A stretch of 64,000 nt of DNA, taken from contig MHXH01000013.1 in NCBI GenBank assembly GCA_001824435.1, positions 2,346 through 66,345 of the forward strand, read 5' to 3'. The notes beneath the pieces are model-generated. The model worked only from the letters and a program-made list of their open reading frames with translations, was not told where the DNA came from and ran no database searches. Of this stretch, positions 12,216 to 21,538 are shown piece by piece (position 1 is the first letter of the stretch; every line of letters begins with the position of its first letter). Source of the stretch: Parcubacteria group bacterium RIFCSPLOWO2_01_FULL_48_18 (GTDB lineage Bacteria; Patescibacteriota; Minisyncoccia; UBA6257; WO2-01-48-18). The translations under genes were made by a program, and so were the position numbers.

Positions 12216-12442
12216 TCGGATGTTAAGGCCTTTTACATAATAAATTTCGTAGCGAAATTTTGAGATTTTAAGGTGAAAACCGCGAAGCGCGACGAAGAAT
12301 AGCAATAGCTATTTTGAGGAGCGATGAGCGGTTTGTGGTTCGACAGACTCACCATCCTTCGATGAACCATCCTGAGTTAGTCGAAGGACAGCCCAAATAT
12401 CAAAATTGTAGCAGAAAGATTATTATGCAAGAGGTCTTTAGT

Positions 12443-12850
12443 CTACGGCGTTGGCGGAGAGGAGGTTGCCGGAGAAACAGGAGGCGGAGGAGTGAGCGCC
12501 GGAGCCGGTTGGGAAGGGATAGGCTCCTCCTCTGGCAGGGAAATTCCTGAAAAGGTGCTTGTTGGAAAAGGAATGAATGGATTGGCCCTGCCTATTTCTT
12601 TTGGCTCGAGAAAAAGCGGCACACGGGTTAATTTTTGAAACAAAGGGTTGTTGAGCACTTTATCCGGTTCAAGCCTGATTGTCGATATTTCTCTTCTGCG
12701 TATGTCTGCGGTCGGCTGGAGAATCTCTACGAGCGGCGGCGTTTTGAAGAAAAGAAAATACGTCGACGCGCCCGCGAAGACGAGGGCGATCACCGTCAAG
12801 CTTAGCGCAAACCAATTCAGCTTCCTTTTTTCTTTTACGATAATAGCCAT
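12443..12850 (-). CDS. small single-pass membrane protein with Pro-rich C-terminus in the pilMNO operon (PilP-like by position only)
   Basis: One TM helix (WFALSLTVIALVFAGASTYFLFF) followed by a PxxP-rich tail. It lies directly downstream of the PilO-like gene. Confidence 0.4.
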   Translation of the reverse strand: MAIIVKEKRKLNWFALSLTVIALVFAGASTYFLFFKTPPLVEILQPTADIRRREISTIRLEPDKVLNNPLFQKLTRVPLFLEPKEIGRANPFIPFPTSTFSGISLPEEEPIPSQPAPALTPPPPVSPATSSPPTP

Positions 12851-12852
12851 AA

Positions 12853-12924
12853 GTTATTAGAATCTAGAATTTAGAATCTGGAATTTGGTCCGCCAGCTGG
12901 CGGACTAGATTCCAGATTCCAGGC
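12853..12924. repeat. intergenic heptamer-repeat hairpin around perfect palindrome TCCGCCAGCTGGCGGA
   Basis: TAGAATCTAGAATTTAGAATCTGGAATTTGG-TCCGCCAGCTGGCGGA-CTAGATTCCAGATTCCAGG is the entire PilP-like/PilO spacer. Confidence 0.8.
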
Positions 12925-13572
12925 CTATTGGAACTCTACCGCAGGTCGGTTGGCCTGAATCTGCTTCGAAGCCCTTGTTCTTGTTGCGGGCAATTCTTTC
13001 GCCTGATAATATACATCGAGTTCGATGTTCGCGCGCAGGATAGTTTGGTTGTTGGTGCGGCCTCGGGCGTTGTCGCTGCCGCCTTCAATTTTAACATCGT
13101 GGACATCCATGAGCCTTATATTGCTCGCAATGTCCTCGATAAGCGCGCGGAGATTTTCATACAAGCCGGCGAGTTCGAGGGAAACCCGCATCGCGGCATA
13201 ACCGTAGGTGATATCCGGTTTTGGAGGCTGGCCGACCGTCGGCGGCTCAAACGAGATGGATTCAAGCGCGACATTATTCCGCTCCGAAACAACAGAGAGG
13301 AGGGCCGCGACAGTCGGCACATCGGCTTCAAGCGGAAGGGCAAGTGCTATTTTTTCCTGAAGCGGGGTAAACCCTTCATATTTGTTCAGCAGGTCGCGGA
13401 TTTGCTTAAGCACGTTTTGTTTGTCGTTTCTTTCGGAAATCTTTAATCCAAATTTGCCGCGCAGCATGAGCATGTCCCCGTAGAGCGGCTTAACCATCAA
13501 CAGAAAAAGCGTCAGCGCTGCTATCATGAGCACAAACGATGCTAAAATAGTTGTCACGCGGGTAGTCTTCAC
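12925..13572 (-). CDS. pilO: pilus assembly protein PilO-like
   Basis: 215 aa with an N-terminal TM helix, then a coiled coil and an alpha/beta domain. It occupies the third position of the pilM-N-O string. Confidence 0.55.
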   Translation of the reverse strand: MKTTRVTTILASFVLMIAALTLFLLMVKPLYGDMLMLRGKFGLKISERNDKQNVLKQIRDLLNKYEGFTPLQEKIALALPLEADVPTVAALLSVVSERNNVALESISFEPPTVGQPPKPDITYGYAAMRVSLELAGLYENLRALIEDIASNIRLMDVHDVKIEGGSDNARGRTNNQTILRANIELDVYYQAKELPATRTRASKQIQANRPAVEFQ

Positions 13573-13584
13573 GAGGGTTGCTTA

Positions 13585-14166
13585 CTATTGATATATTATC
13601 GCTTCGGGTTTAAGCGTAAGATCCATATTGAAGACAACGAATTCCTTTTCTCGATTGGCGTCGCGCAACAGCGCCCCTGCTATTTCGTTTGTTCTGTTAA
13701 AGAGCACAAGCTGTTGCGCCACGGTATTGTAATCGAGCGCAACTCCTTCAAGTTTTATCGCGCGGTCTTCCAACGTAAAGTCCAGACTGCGATAATATAC
13801 CTGCGGCAGGGTACTGGCCTCGATGATTTCCAGAATGCCGGAGGGCCGTATGTGATTTTTAAGGAGTTTTTCGAGATTGAGAAGCTGGGAGTAGAAAATC
13901 AGAAATTCTTCTTGCTCGTCGAGCGTGACCTGCCCCTCAAGGGATTTTAACTCTGTATCCAACGCTTCAATGCTGCGCTCCAAATACGGCATATATCCAA
14001 ATTTCAACCCCGTATAACTTATAATGACAAGGCCAAGGGCAACTGCGCCAATATACATAGGCCTCCAGGAATATCCCACTTGGGTTCTGGTAATACCGAA
14101 TGCTGATGAGATGTCTTGTCTCCCGTTCATTCTTTTGGTTTTTAGCCCTTGACCTTCAACGCCCAA
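13585..14166 (-). CDS. pilN: pilus assembly protein PilN-like
   Basis: 193 aa with a single TM helix (MYIGAVALGLVIISYTGL) followed by a coiled coil (LDTELKSLEGQVTLDEQEEF). It lies immediately downstream of pilM. Confidence 0.55.
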   Translation of the reverse strand: MGVEGQGLKTKRMNGRQDISSAFGITRTQVGYSWRPMYIGAVALGLVIISYTGLKFGYMPYLERSIEALDTELKSLEGQVTLDEQEEFLIFYSQLLNLEKLLKNHIRPSGILEIIEASTLPQVYYRSLDFTLEDRAIKLEGVALDYNTVAQQLVLFNRTNEIAGALLRDANREKEFVVFNMDLTLKPEAIIYQ

Positions 14167-14220
14167 CTTCTAAACCTCCGGCTTTTACGCGTTGGTTGTT
14201 AAGTGCAGGATACTAGGGTT

Positions 14221-15321
14221 CTAGAGATTATCTTTCATTGCAAGTCCGATTGATACGGAGAGGAGGGGTCCCAATTCTTTAGTAATGGGTGCGAGCTCTG
14301 TGGGATAGGACATATGACCAAAGGGGTTTATCTTTACAACAGGGAGGCGCAGCTGCGAAGAGAAATACTCTTCGATGTTGGGCAGGTTTGCGGTGCCGCC
14401 CGCCAGCATCACGCGCTCGACCTTGGTTTTATATTTTTCCTCGTATGTTTCAATCCCTCTTCTCACCTCATTGATTATAACATCGATGAGAGGCAGCATT
14501 AAAGTTGATAGTTCTTCCTCGCCGGAGCGGTTTACCAGTCCCCTTGTCTTTTTCATTTCCTCTGATCTTCTGGGGCCGAGGGTAAGGCTGTTTGAGATGG
14601 AAGTCGTCAGGTCGCTTCCGGCGGTTTCCGAATTGAATGTCAGGCGAAGGAATCCCTGGTCGGCGACTATGACGGTGGTTGTTTGAGAGCCGATATCCGC
14701 AATAACCGTTGGGGTTGGATCGTTTTGTATCGCCGCCCGTACAAGGCTTACGCTGTCCAATTCAACCGCAATCAGCTTCAGGCCCACTTCATTGAAAATC
14801 GTTTGATAGTTATGTACTGCGTCCATGGGGACGGCAATGAGGAGTATGAGCTGTTTCGTAAGGTTGCCGTCACTGACGGTTCCGACGGAACTCCAATCGA
14901 TGAATGCCTCTTCAAGCGGAAGAGGGATATGCTCTCGTGCCTGGAAGCCGATCGCTTGCGTCAGCTCATCGGGGTGCATCTCCGGAAGCTCGAGGAGCGT
15001 CATGAAGCCGGAAAAATTCGGCAATGACGCGATGGCAATTTTCGATGAGGGTTTCACGCGCTTGAGAAGCACGCGGAGCAACTCAACGGTTTCTGTGTCA
15101 ACCAGTTTCATGGAGGCGCTCTGTATGACGCCGCTCATGCGGGATAAGTGGCCGAACGACTCCAGCATACCGTAATTTCTCAGCCGGAATTGGTTGCCTT
15201 CGCGCAGCATTTCCACCATCTTGATGGTTGTGGTGCCGATGTCGACCCCTACATAGCTTGTGGGAAGCAGACGCCGGACAAATTTTGATGTCCGGAGAGA
15301 TTGTAAAAGCGGTAATGGCAT
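14221..15321 (-). CDS. pilM: type IV pilus assembly ATPase-fold protein PilM (actin-like)
   Basis: VGVDIGTTTIKMVEM... actin/FtsA-like fold, 366 aa. It is the first gene of pilMNO. Confidence 0.8.
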   Translation of the reverse strand: MPLPLLQSLRTSKFVRRLLPTSYVGVDIGTTTIKMVEMLREGNQFRLRNYGMLESFGHLSRMSGVIQSASMKLVDTETVELLRVLLKRVKPSSKIAIASLPNFSGFMTLLELPEMHPDELTQAIGFQAREHIPLPLEEAFIDWSSVGTVSDGNLTKQLILLIAVPMDAVHNYQTIFNEVGLKLIAVELDSVSLVRAAIQNDPTPTVIADIGSQTTTVIVADQGFLRLTFNSETAGSDLTTSISNSLTLGPRRSEEMKKTRGLVNRSGEEELSTLMLPLIDVIINEVRRGIETYEEKYKTKVERVMLAGGTANLPNIEEYFSSQLRLPVVKINPFGHMSYPTELAPITKELGPLLSVSIGLAMKDNL

Positions 15322-15324
15322 AGT

Positions 15325-16140
15325 ATGCTCTGGTGTGTCGGGAGTTTTTCATGGTTCACCGACGACCCCATAAATTATCATATCATAGCGAATAGAGTCG
15401 GTAAACAATTCAAAAGTTTCGCGCAGCATCTTGAGGAATTATTCTTTCCGCCCCGTTGTATCGGCTGTGCCCGCATAACAAAAGTTGAACAGTATGACTG
15501 GCGCTTTCTCTGTCGTGCCTGCTTTGCGTCTATTCCGCTTCAATCGGGCGCGATATGTTCCGTATGCGGGCGGCGGTTTTTATTCGGAAAAAAAGGAGGG
15601 TTTGGCATCCATAGCGCCTGTAAAAAGGAATGTTTCTATGTGTTGGCCGCCGCTGCCCCGTATCGGTTTCCGCTCGTACGAGAAATAATCAGTCGCTATA
15701 AATACAACGGCGTCAAGGAACTTGCTCTGCCGCTCTCTGAACTGTTGCGCGCGCATCTTGTTGGGGTCGGCATTCCCGATCTGTCCATTTATTCTATAGC
15801 GCCGGTGCCGCTCTACGAAAAGAGGCTTCGCATGCGCGGATTTAATCAATCGCTTTTTCTTGCCGAAGCGGTCGCTACTGCCCTGCGGCTCAAGGTTATT
15901 GGCGGCAATTTGGTTAGAATAAGAAATAATAAGCCGCAAATCACCATGCGTGATTGGGACATGCGGCGCAAAAACGTTATTGAGTGCTTCAGAACACGGG
16001 ACGCTTCAGAAATTGCCGGGAGAAATATGATTATCGTGGATGACGTGAGCACGTCCGGAGCAACAATGAGCGAGGCCGCCAAGGCGCTCAAGCGGGCCGG
16101 TGCGCGAAGGATTATCGGTTTGGTTGTCGCGCGCGGCTAG
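15325..16140 (+). CDS. comFC: competence protein ComFC (double zinc-ribbon + phosphoribosyltransferase domain)
   Basis: FFPPRCIGCA...CRAC...CSVCG Zn-ribbons and a C-terminal PRTase motif MIIVDDVSTSGATMSEAAKALKRAGA. It is divergent from pilM. The real start is probably downstream of 15325. Confidence 0.8.
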   Translation: MLWCVGSFSWFTDDPINYHIIANRVGKQFKSFAQHLEELFFPPRCIGCARITKVEQYDWRFLCRACFASIPLQSGAICSVCGRRFLFGKKGGFGIHSACKKECFYVLAAAAPYRFPLVREIISRYKYNGVKELALPLSELLRAHLVGVGIPDLSIYSIAPVPLYEKRLRMRGFNQSLFLAEAVATALRLKVIGGNLVRIRNNKPQITMRDWDMRRKNVIECFRTRDASEIAGRNMIIVDDVSTSGATMSEAAKALKRAGARRIIGLVVARG

Positions 16141-18832
16141 AGACACGCCCAAAGCTTCTTTCCTCTTTTGCGAACGCGTATTTTACGATTTCAATCAGCA
16201 CGATATCGATGAGGCCGAGCGAGATGATGAAGGGCCAGTACATGAGCGGCAATGGAATAATATGTAGAACAGCATTGAGGAAAGGAGTGTAGATGGCGGC
16301 AATCATCATGAGAAGACCGATTAAAACGCCGATGTTCAAATAAGCGTTGGAAAATGGGTTCGTTTTTAGAATACTCTGTCCGAGGCTCCGTATGGGAAAG
16401 ATATACATGATCGAGACGGTGCCCAAGGTCGTAAAAATGAGGGTCATGAGAAGATCGGTTGGGACCCCCGCGCGAGCAAGCAGTGCCACGCCGAGAAAAA
16501 TCATGCAATCGGTTAGGAGGCCCACGATGAAAATGATGATTTTCATTTCTTTGTCCAGCAGTTTTCTGCCGCGGCCGCTCGGCGGCCGGCGCATGATATT
16601 CTCTCTTTCCTTTTCAAACGCCAGAGAAACAGCGGGTACGCTGTCCGCGAATATATTGATCCAGAGGATTTGAATGGCGAGTGCGTCGAGCGCAAGCGGG
16701 ATGCCGGCGAATAATGAGCCGGCCACAAGGATCAATTCGGTAAAGCTGCTCACCAGAAGATAGGCGATGCTTTTGCGAACGTTTTCGAATATTTTTCTTC
16801 CTTCCTCGATGGCCGCTACAATGGTGGAAAAATTGTCGTCGAGCAATATCAGGTCTGAAACGTCTTTCGCAACGTCGGTTCCCGAACCGAGCGCGATTCC
16901 GATATCCGCTTTTTTAAGCGTTGGAGCATCATTGATGCCGTCTCCGGTCATAGCTACTACCTCGCCGCGCGCCTGATACGCATTGAGAACCTTTAGCTTT
17001 GCGTCCGGAGACGCGCGTGCATATAGATACGTCGTGTCCAGTTTTGCATCAAGCGCCTCCGGGGACATCATCTCTAATTCCTCGCCTTCTATAACCTCTC
17101 CGCCGTGGTCAAATCCGAGTTCTTTGGCAACGGATTCGGCAGTGCCGCGGTGGTCGCCGGTTATCATTACCACGCGCACGCCGGCGTCTTGCATTTTCCG
17201 TACGGATTCTTTCGCGCTGGCCCGAACCGGATCGCTAAGCGTAATCAGGCCCAAGAATATGAGGTCACGAGAGAGTTTGTCCGTATTTTTGAGGCCCGCA
17301 TCAAGCGATTCAAGCTCTTTGATTGCAACGCCCAAAATCCGTTTGCCGGAATGCGCTAATTGGTCAATTTCTTCCGATATGTCTTCTCTTTGTTCTTTGG
17401 AGAGGGCGATTGCCTTGTTGTTCTCCATCACCGAGCGTGATCCGAAGAGCAAAACCTCGGGGGCCCCCATTAGGCCGACAATTGGTTTTTGACGAAGCGT
17501 CATGAATGCGGCAGAGAATTTTCTGCGCGAGTTAAATGGCTGTACGTCAACCGGTTTCAGCTCTTCGTGCGCTTTAGGTTTGAACACCCCCAGTTTGGCT
17601 GCGGCCATTACCAATGAAGTTTCCAGCGGACGCGTACCGACGATTTCCCATTTGGTGAAGTCGTCTTGGGGATTTTCTATGATGACATCCGTATTGACAA
17701 CGGCGATTTTTAAAATGAGGTCATCCGATGCGCCGTAATTAATAATTCCCGTAACGTCCATTTTTGCTTCAGTCAGGGTGCCGGTTTTATCGGTTAACAC
17801 GACCGATGCGCTGCCGAGCGTTTCCGCGGCCAAGAGTCTACGAATGATGCCGCGGCGTCCCGCAAGTCTCTGGACGCCGACCGCAAGCACTACGGTCAGC
17901 GCCACGGGTAATCCCTCGGGGACTGCGGAAACCGCGACTGCTACCGTGACGAGAAACATATCATGCGCCGAATAACCGGAAAATAATCCGAAGACGAACA
18001 ACAGGGTTGCGGCGGAAAAGACGAATATTCCAAAAGTCCTGCTGAATTTTTCAATTGTGCGCTGTAGCGGCGTTTTTTCCCGTTCTTTTTTGGCGACCGC
18101 AGAAGCGATTTTTCCGATTTCGGTCAGGGCGCCTGTGGCAGTAACTGCGGCTTGGCAGAACCCCTCAGTAACCAAACTTCCCGAATAGATCATCGAAGTC
18201 CTGTCTGCGAGCGTTGTTCCGTATGCGACCGCCGGTTCGCGTTTTCCTTCGGGCAGCGATTCGCCCGTCAAGATCGATTCGTCGACATAGAGGTTGTTGG
18301 CAAAGATTACCCGCGCGTCTGCCGGTACGCGCGAGCCCTGCCGGAGTCTTAAGATGTCTCCGGGCACGAGTTCTTGGGTGTCGATTTCCTGTTCTTTGCC
18401 TTGCCGGATGACAACCGTTCGTTCAACCAAATATGTTTTCAGCTTGCGCAGGGCCTCTTCTGCTTTGTTTTCTTGGTAAAAACCTAAGAGCGTATTGACT
18501 GCGGTAGCGGCAAAAATAGCGGCTGCATTCCCGAATTCATTCAAAAATAGAGTAATGAAGCCGGCGCCCAGCAAAATGAGGATAAGCGGGTTTTTGAATT
18601 GATTCAAGAAGATGGAGGCGCTTGTAAGTCTTTGTTTTTCCGGAAGGACATTGAGACCGAAAAGACCCTTTCGTTTTCGAATCTCTTCTTCTTTGAGCCC
18701 CTCGTGGTCCGTTTCGAGAGTTTCAAATACCGCCTCTTTCGCCAATGCGTACAGTTCTTTATTGAGAATCTCCTTGGTTATTGCCATGGTATTCTCAGTA
18801 TAACAAAATCGGCGCGTGAGCGCCGATGACAT
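16112..18832 (-). CDS. P-type cation-transporting ATPase (type IIA/Ca2+-ATPase-like)
   Basis: DKTGTLT phosphorylation motif, MITGDH, GDGINDAPTLKKADIGIA hinge, and about 10 TM helices. The probable start is the internal MAITKEIL. Confidence 0.9.
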   Translation of the reverse strand: MSSALTRRFCYTENTMAITKEILNKELYALAKEAVFETLETDHEGLKEEEIRKRKGLFGLNVLPEKQRLTSASIFLNQFKNPLILILLGAGFITLFLNEFGNAAAIFAATAVNTLLGFYQENKAEEALRKLKTYLVERTVVIRQGKEQEIDTQELVPGDILRLRQGSRVPADARVIFANNLYVDESILTGESLPEGKREPAVAYGTTLADRTSMIYSGSLVTEGFCQAAVTATGALTEIGKIASAVAKKEREKTPLQRTIEKFSRTFGIFVFSAATLLFVFGLFSGYSAHDMFLVTVAVAVSAVPEGLPVALTVVLAVGVQRLAGRRGIIRRLLAAETLGSASVVLTDKTGTLTEAKMDVTGIINYGASDDLILKIAVVNTDVIIENPQDDFTKWEIVGTRPLETSLVMAAAKLGVFKPKAHEELKPVDVQPFNSRRKFSAAFMTLRQKPIVGLMGAPEVLLFGSRSVMENNKAIALSKEQREDISEEIDQLAHSGKRILGVAIKELESLDAGLKNTDKLSRDLIFLGLITLSDPVRASAKESVRKMQDAGVRVVMITGDHRGTAESVAKELGFDHGGEVIEGEELEMMSPEALDAKLDTTYLYARASPDAKLKVLNAYQARGEVVAMTGDGINDAPTLKKADIGIALGSGTDVAKDVSDLILLDDNFSTIVAAIEEGRKIFENVRKSIAYLLVSSFTELILVAGSLFAGIPLALDALAIQILWINIFADSVPAVSLAFEKERENIMRRPPSGRGRKLLDKEMKIIIFIVGLLTDCMIFLGVALLARAGVPTDLLMTLIFTTLGTVSIMYIFPIRSLGQSILKTNPFSNAYLNIGVLIGLLMMIAAIYTPFLNAVLHIIPLPLMYWPFIISLGLIDIVLIEIVKYAFAKEERSFGRVSSRARQPNR

Positions 18833-18865
18833 TCCGTTAGCAATTCAAGGTGGGCGACGAAATTT

Positions 18866-19561
18866 TTACGTCCATTCCCGTATTGCTTTTTCCCATCGTT
18901 CGAATGTTCCGCAGTCATACCACTGGCCCTCAAACTTGTGGCCGCCGAGCGCGCCTTCTTTTGCAAGGGCCGGAAATAAATCTCTTTCCACCATTGCAAA
19001 TTTAATTTCTTGGTGCGGGTAGTATGCGAATACGCCCGGCTCAAAGAGATATATGCCGGCATTGATGTATGACGTGGGAGGATGTTTCGGTTTTTCGATG
19101 AACGTTTCTATTTTACTTCCGTTGCATATTGCAACCCCGTAGTGTTGGGGATCGTTTACTCGTACTAAGCCGACCGTGGCCGTGGCGCCGCTTTCAGCGT
19201 GGGCCGACCTCATTTTGTCTAAATCAAATTTTTTCAGCTCGTCGCCGTTTGTCATGAAGAACGGCTCATCGGCAAAACGGTCTTTCACGAGCATAAGCGA
19301 ACCGAATGTGCCGAGCGGTTCGCGTTCTACGGAAAAATCAATGCGTTCGTCCGCGTAATGCTCTTTTTTCCATTTCATAAAATCTTCTTGATGCTTTTCG
19401 CTGATGGAAACTACAAATTCCAAAACGCCATGCCGTGCGAATAGGTCAACGAGGTAGTTTATAATCGGTTTTTTCTTAACCGGCAGCAGAGGCTTGGGAA
19501 TTTCATATGTTACCGGCCTCAATCGGCTTCCTTCCCCTCCCGCCAAGATGAATGCCTTCAT
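18866..19561 (-). CDS. sugar-phosphate nucleotidyltransferase (mannose-1-P guanylyltransferase/glucose-1-P nucleotidyltransferase-like)
   Basis: MKAFILAGGEGSRLRPVT..PKPLLPV is the NTP_transferase G-x-G-x-R-L signature. Confidence 0.75.
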   Translation of the reverse strand: MKAFILAGGEGSRLRPVTYEIPKPLLPVKKKPIINYLVDLFARHGVLEFVVSISEKHQEDFMKWKKEHYADERIDFSVEREPLGTFGSLMLVKDRFADEPFFMTNGDELKKFDLDKMRSAHAESGATATVGLVRVNDPQHYGVAICNGSKIETFIEKPKHPPTSYINAGIYLFEPGVFAYYPHQEIKFAMVERDLFPALAKEGALGGHKFEGQWYDCGTFERWEKAIREWT

Positions 19562-19673
19562 TTTTTCTCATTTGTATCACAGCTGCGGACAAAAAGCCAA
19601 TAGGTTTGCCAGGGGTTCGTCAGAGTAGGCCCGCCTACTACACGTGTTGACCCCCGGGACATGAAGAGCTATA

Positions 19674-20756
19674 ATGGCCGTAGTCGTTATCCGTTTCTTC
19701 CGGCAGGAGGATAGTATGCACGTTGAAAACATCGAATACGGACAGGATCAGGGAGTCGTGGTTATAAGTTCGCGAAGCATCGAAAATGTTGCTTTCGTGG
19801 AGCGATTTATTGCCGACACGATTGATCCATGTTATGGCGACACGCTTAAATTGATTCGCAGGGTATATGTTCAGTGGAAAAATAAGAAAGACGGGATGTT
19901 GGAGCCTAATCTTTTTCTGTTTAAATGGAGTCTTCCTCTGGCCGCGCTTTCAATATTCGGAGTGGGCGGATTTATCGGCGCAACAGCCACTTTCGGCCTG
20001 GGAGTATCTACGCTATGTTTGTTGGCTTGGATTTTCAAGATTCGAAATTTTCGTCGCCGCGAACAGAGGGCAATAAAGAAAATTCAGTGCGCGGCGCGCG
20101 AGGGCTCTGTAAGTCTTAGCAAGATTGTTGTGGGACATTATGAAGGCATATTGAAGGAACAGCGGAAGAAAATTCTCGGCGAGGGGTCGATAATATATAA
20201 ACGGAGAGCCGAATATCATGAGAGGGCCCATGCCGTAGTTCGTTCGTTAAGATATTTCCATCGCCGAGCTTGTCAAACCGACGATCCAAACGTGCATCAA
20301 ATGGTAGCGCGGCTTCGCCAGAGCTTGAGGGAGTTAAAAGCCGCCAAGAAACTTCTCGGTAAGTTGGAAAGCGAAGCCCATCGGATGTTTGTGCGTAGTG
20401 ATGCAGAGTTAGATCGATTCAGGACATTGATGGGGGATTATGACCATTATATGATCGCCCAAAATATTTGCGAAGGCGCCGAAAAGTTTGCTCAAGATGT
20501 TTTCTTCGACGTTCGTTCGATTGTTGTTGCGCTTGAATCAACCGCAGAGGAATTGCGAGAGTTGTGTGTCAGCATAGAGAGTCAAGCGCTTAATTTTGTG
20601 TCCGGAAGAAGCGAGTATGAGAAAATTGATCGGCTCGGCGCAGAAAGCGCCGATCGCCAGCTTTTCCTGGAAGCCGAATTAAATGGAGAGCTGCAAGCCG
20701 TCAGTCAACTACCCGAACATGCAGAAAGTCTAACCCAGAGAGGAGAAGGACAATGA
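19674..20756 (+). CDS. hypothetical membrane protein with coiled-coil region
   Basis: Two TM helices (LPLAALSIFGVGGFIGATATFGLGVSTLCLLAWIF) followed by a long predicted helical/coiled-coil region. The likely start is the internal MHVENIEY. Its end overlaps the next gene by ATGA. Confidence 0.45.
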   Translation: MAVVVIRFFRQEDSMHVENIEYGQDQGVVVISSRSIENVAFVERFIADTIDPCYGDTLKLIRRVYVQWKNKKDGMLEPNLFLFKWSLPLAALSIFGVGGFIGATATFGLGVSTLCLLAWIFKIRNFRRREQRAIKKIQCAAREGSVSLSKIVVGHYEGILKEQRKKILGEGSIIYKRRAEYHERAHAVVRSLRYFHRRACQTDDPNVHQMVARLRQSLRELKAAKKLLGKLESEAHRMFVRSDAELDRFRTLMGDYDHYMIAQNICEGAEKFAQDVFFDVRSIVVALESTAEELRELCVSIESQALNFVSGRSEYEKIDRLGAESADRQLFLEAELNGELQAVSQLPEHAESLTQRGEGQ

Positions 20757-21430
20757 AGGTGCGCAACTATCTTGGAATCATTGCCGTGTTTGCCGTCATC
20801 GGCGCCGGACTCGCGCGGTGCGCCAACTGGGCTTCGGGCGAGGCGCTTGCAACCCTCGAGCACCTACAACAAGAAAACGACGCCGAGAGACAACTTCGAG
20901 GCATTACCGCTATTGCCGGCAAGGGCTTTCAGCTAAGCAGGGAAGCCGGAAACAGCTGGCAAGAAATACTCACTCGCGTGGACGAGGCAGAATATTTTGA
21001 ATCGGAGATATTCCGATATGCAAACAGAAGGAGTGATCGCATAACAATTGTGCGTAATGAAGCGGGCGCGTGGATTAAATTAAGCTGGAAAGACCGTCCG
21101 TTTAAGATCCTTTCAGAAGACATACCTGCAATACTTACCCTTGTGAACGGGATACGCCCGGCGCTTCTGATTACACACTATCCCGTGCACGAATTTGAAT
21201 CTCCTATCCGCGAAGATGACGGCGGAATAGTAAAATTGAAACTGAGTCTAAAAACAGACGCGATCGAATTCATATATGGGAGCACCACCGGCGGGCATGG
21301 AGTAACTTTCGTTAGGGGCTCGTCCGCAGCCAAACCCGTAGTTGATAAATTGAGATTCGCCTTTGAGAAGCTGGCTGAAATTGAAGACAGAGAGTCGAGT
21401 CAGACGGACGCAAGCGCGTCTGCCCGCTGA
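20753..21430 (+). CDS. hypothetical secreted/lipoprotein-like protein
   Basis: N-terminal signal peptide MKVRNYLGIIAVFAVIGAGLARC. It is translationally coupled to the upstream ORF. Confidence 0.45.
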   Translation: MKVRNYLGIIAVFAVIGAGLARCANWASGEALATLEHLQQENDAERQLRGITAIAGKGFQLSREAGNSWQEILTRVDEAEYFESEIFRYANRRSDRITIVRNEAGAWIKLSWKDRPFKILSEDIPAILTLVNGIRPALLITHYPVHEFESPIREDDGGIVKLKLSLKTDAIEFIYGSTTGGHGVTFVRGSSAAKPVVDKLRFAFEKLAEIEDRESSQTDASASAR

Positions 21431-21538
21431 AATAGCGGACGCGAACGCGGTCATATAAATGGCCGCTTTTTTACCCTCTTCGTGAATGTAGCGGAGCTGT
21501 AGGACCCTGTATTAAGTCATGGAAAAACCGTATACGCG

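Noticed and set aside
15325-15420. 4-nt head-to-head spacing of pilM and comFC start codons, suggesting overlapping divergent promoters.
   Set aside because: The annotated comFC ATG at 15325 is probably too far upstream, since the conserved FFPPRC N-terminus begins about 100 nt later. The apparent overlap is likely a start-codon artefact.
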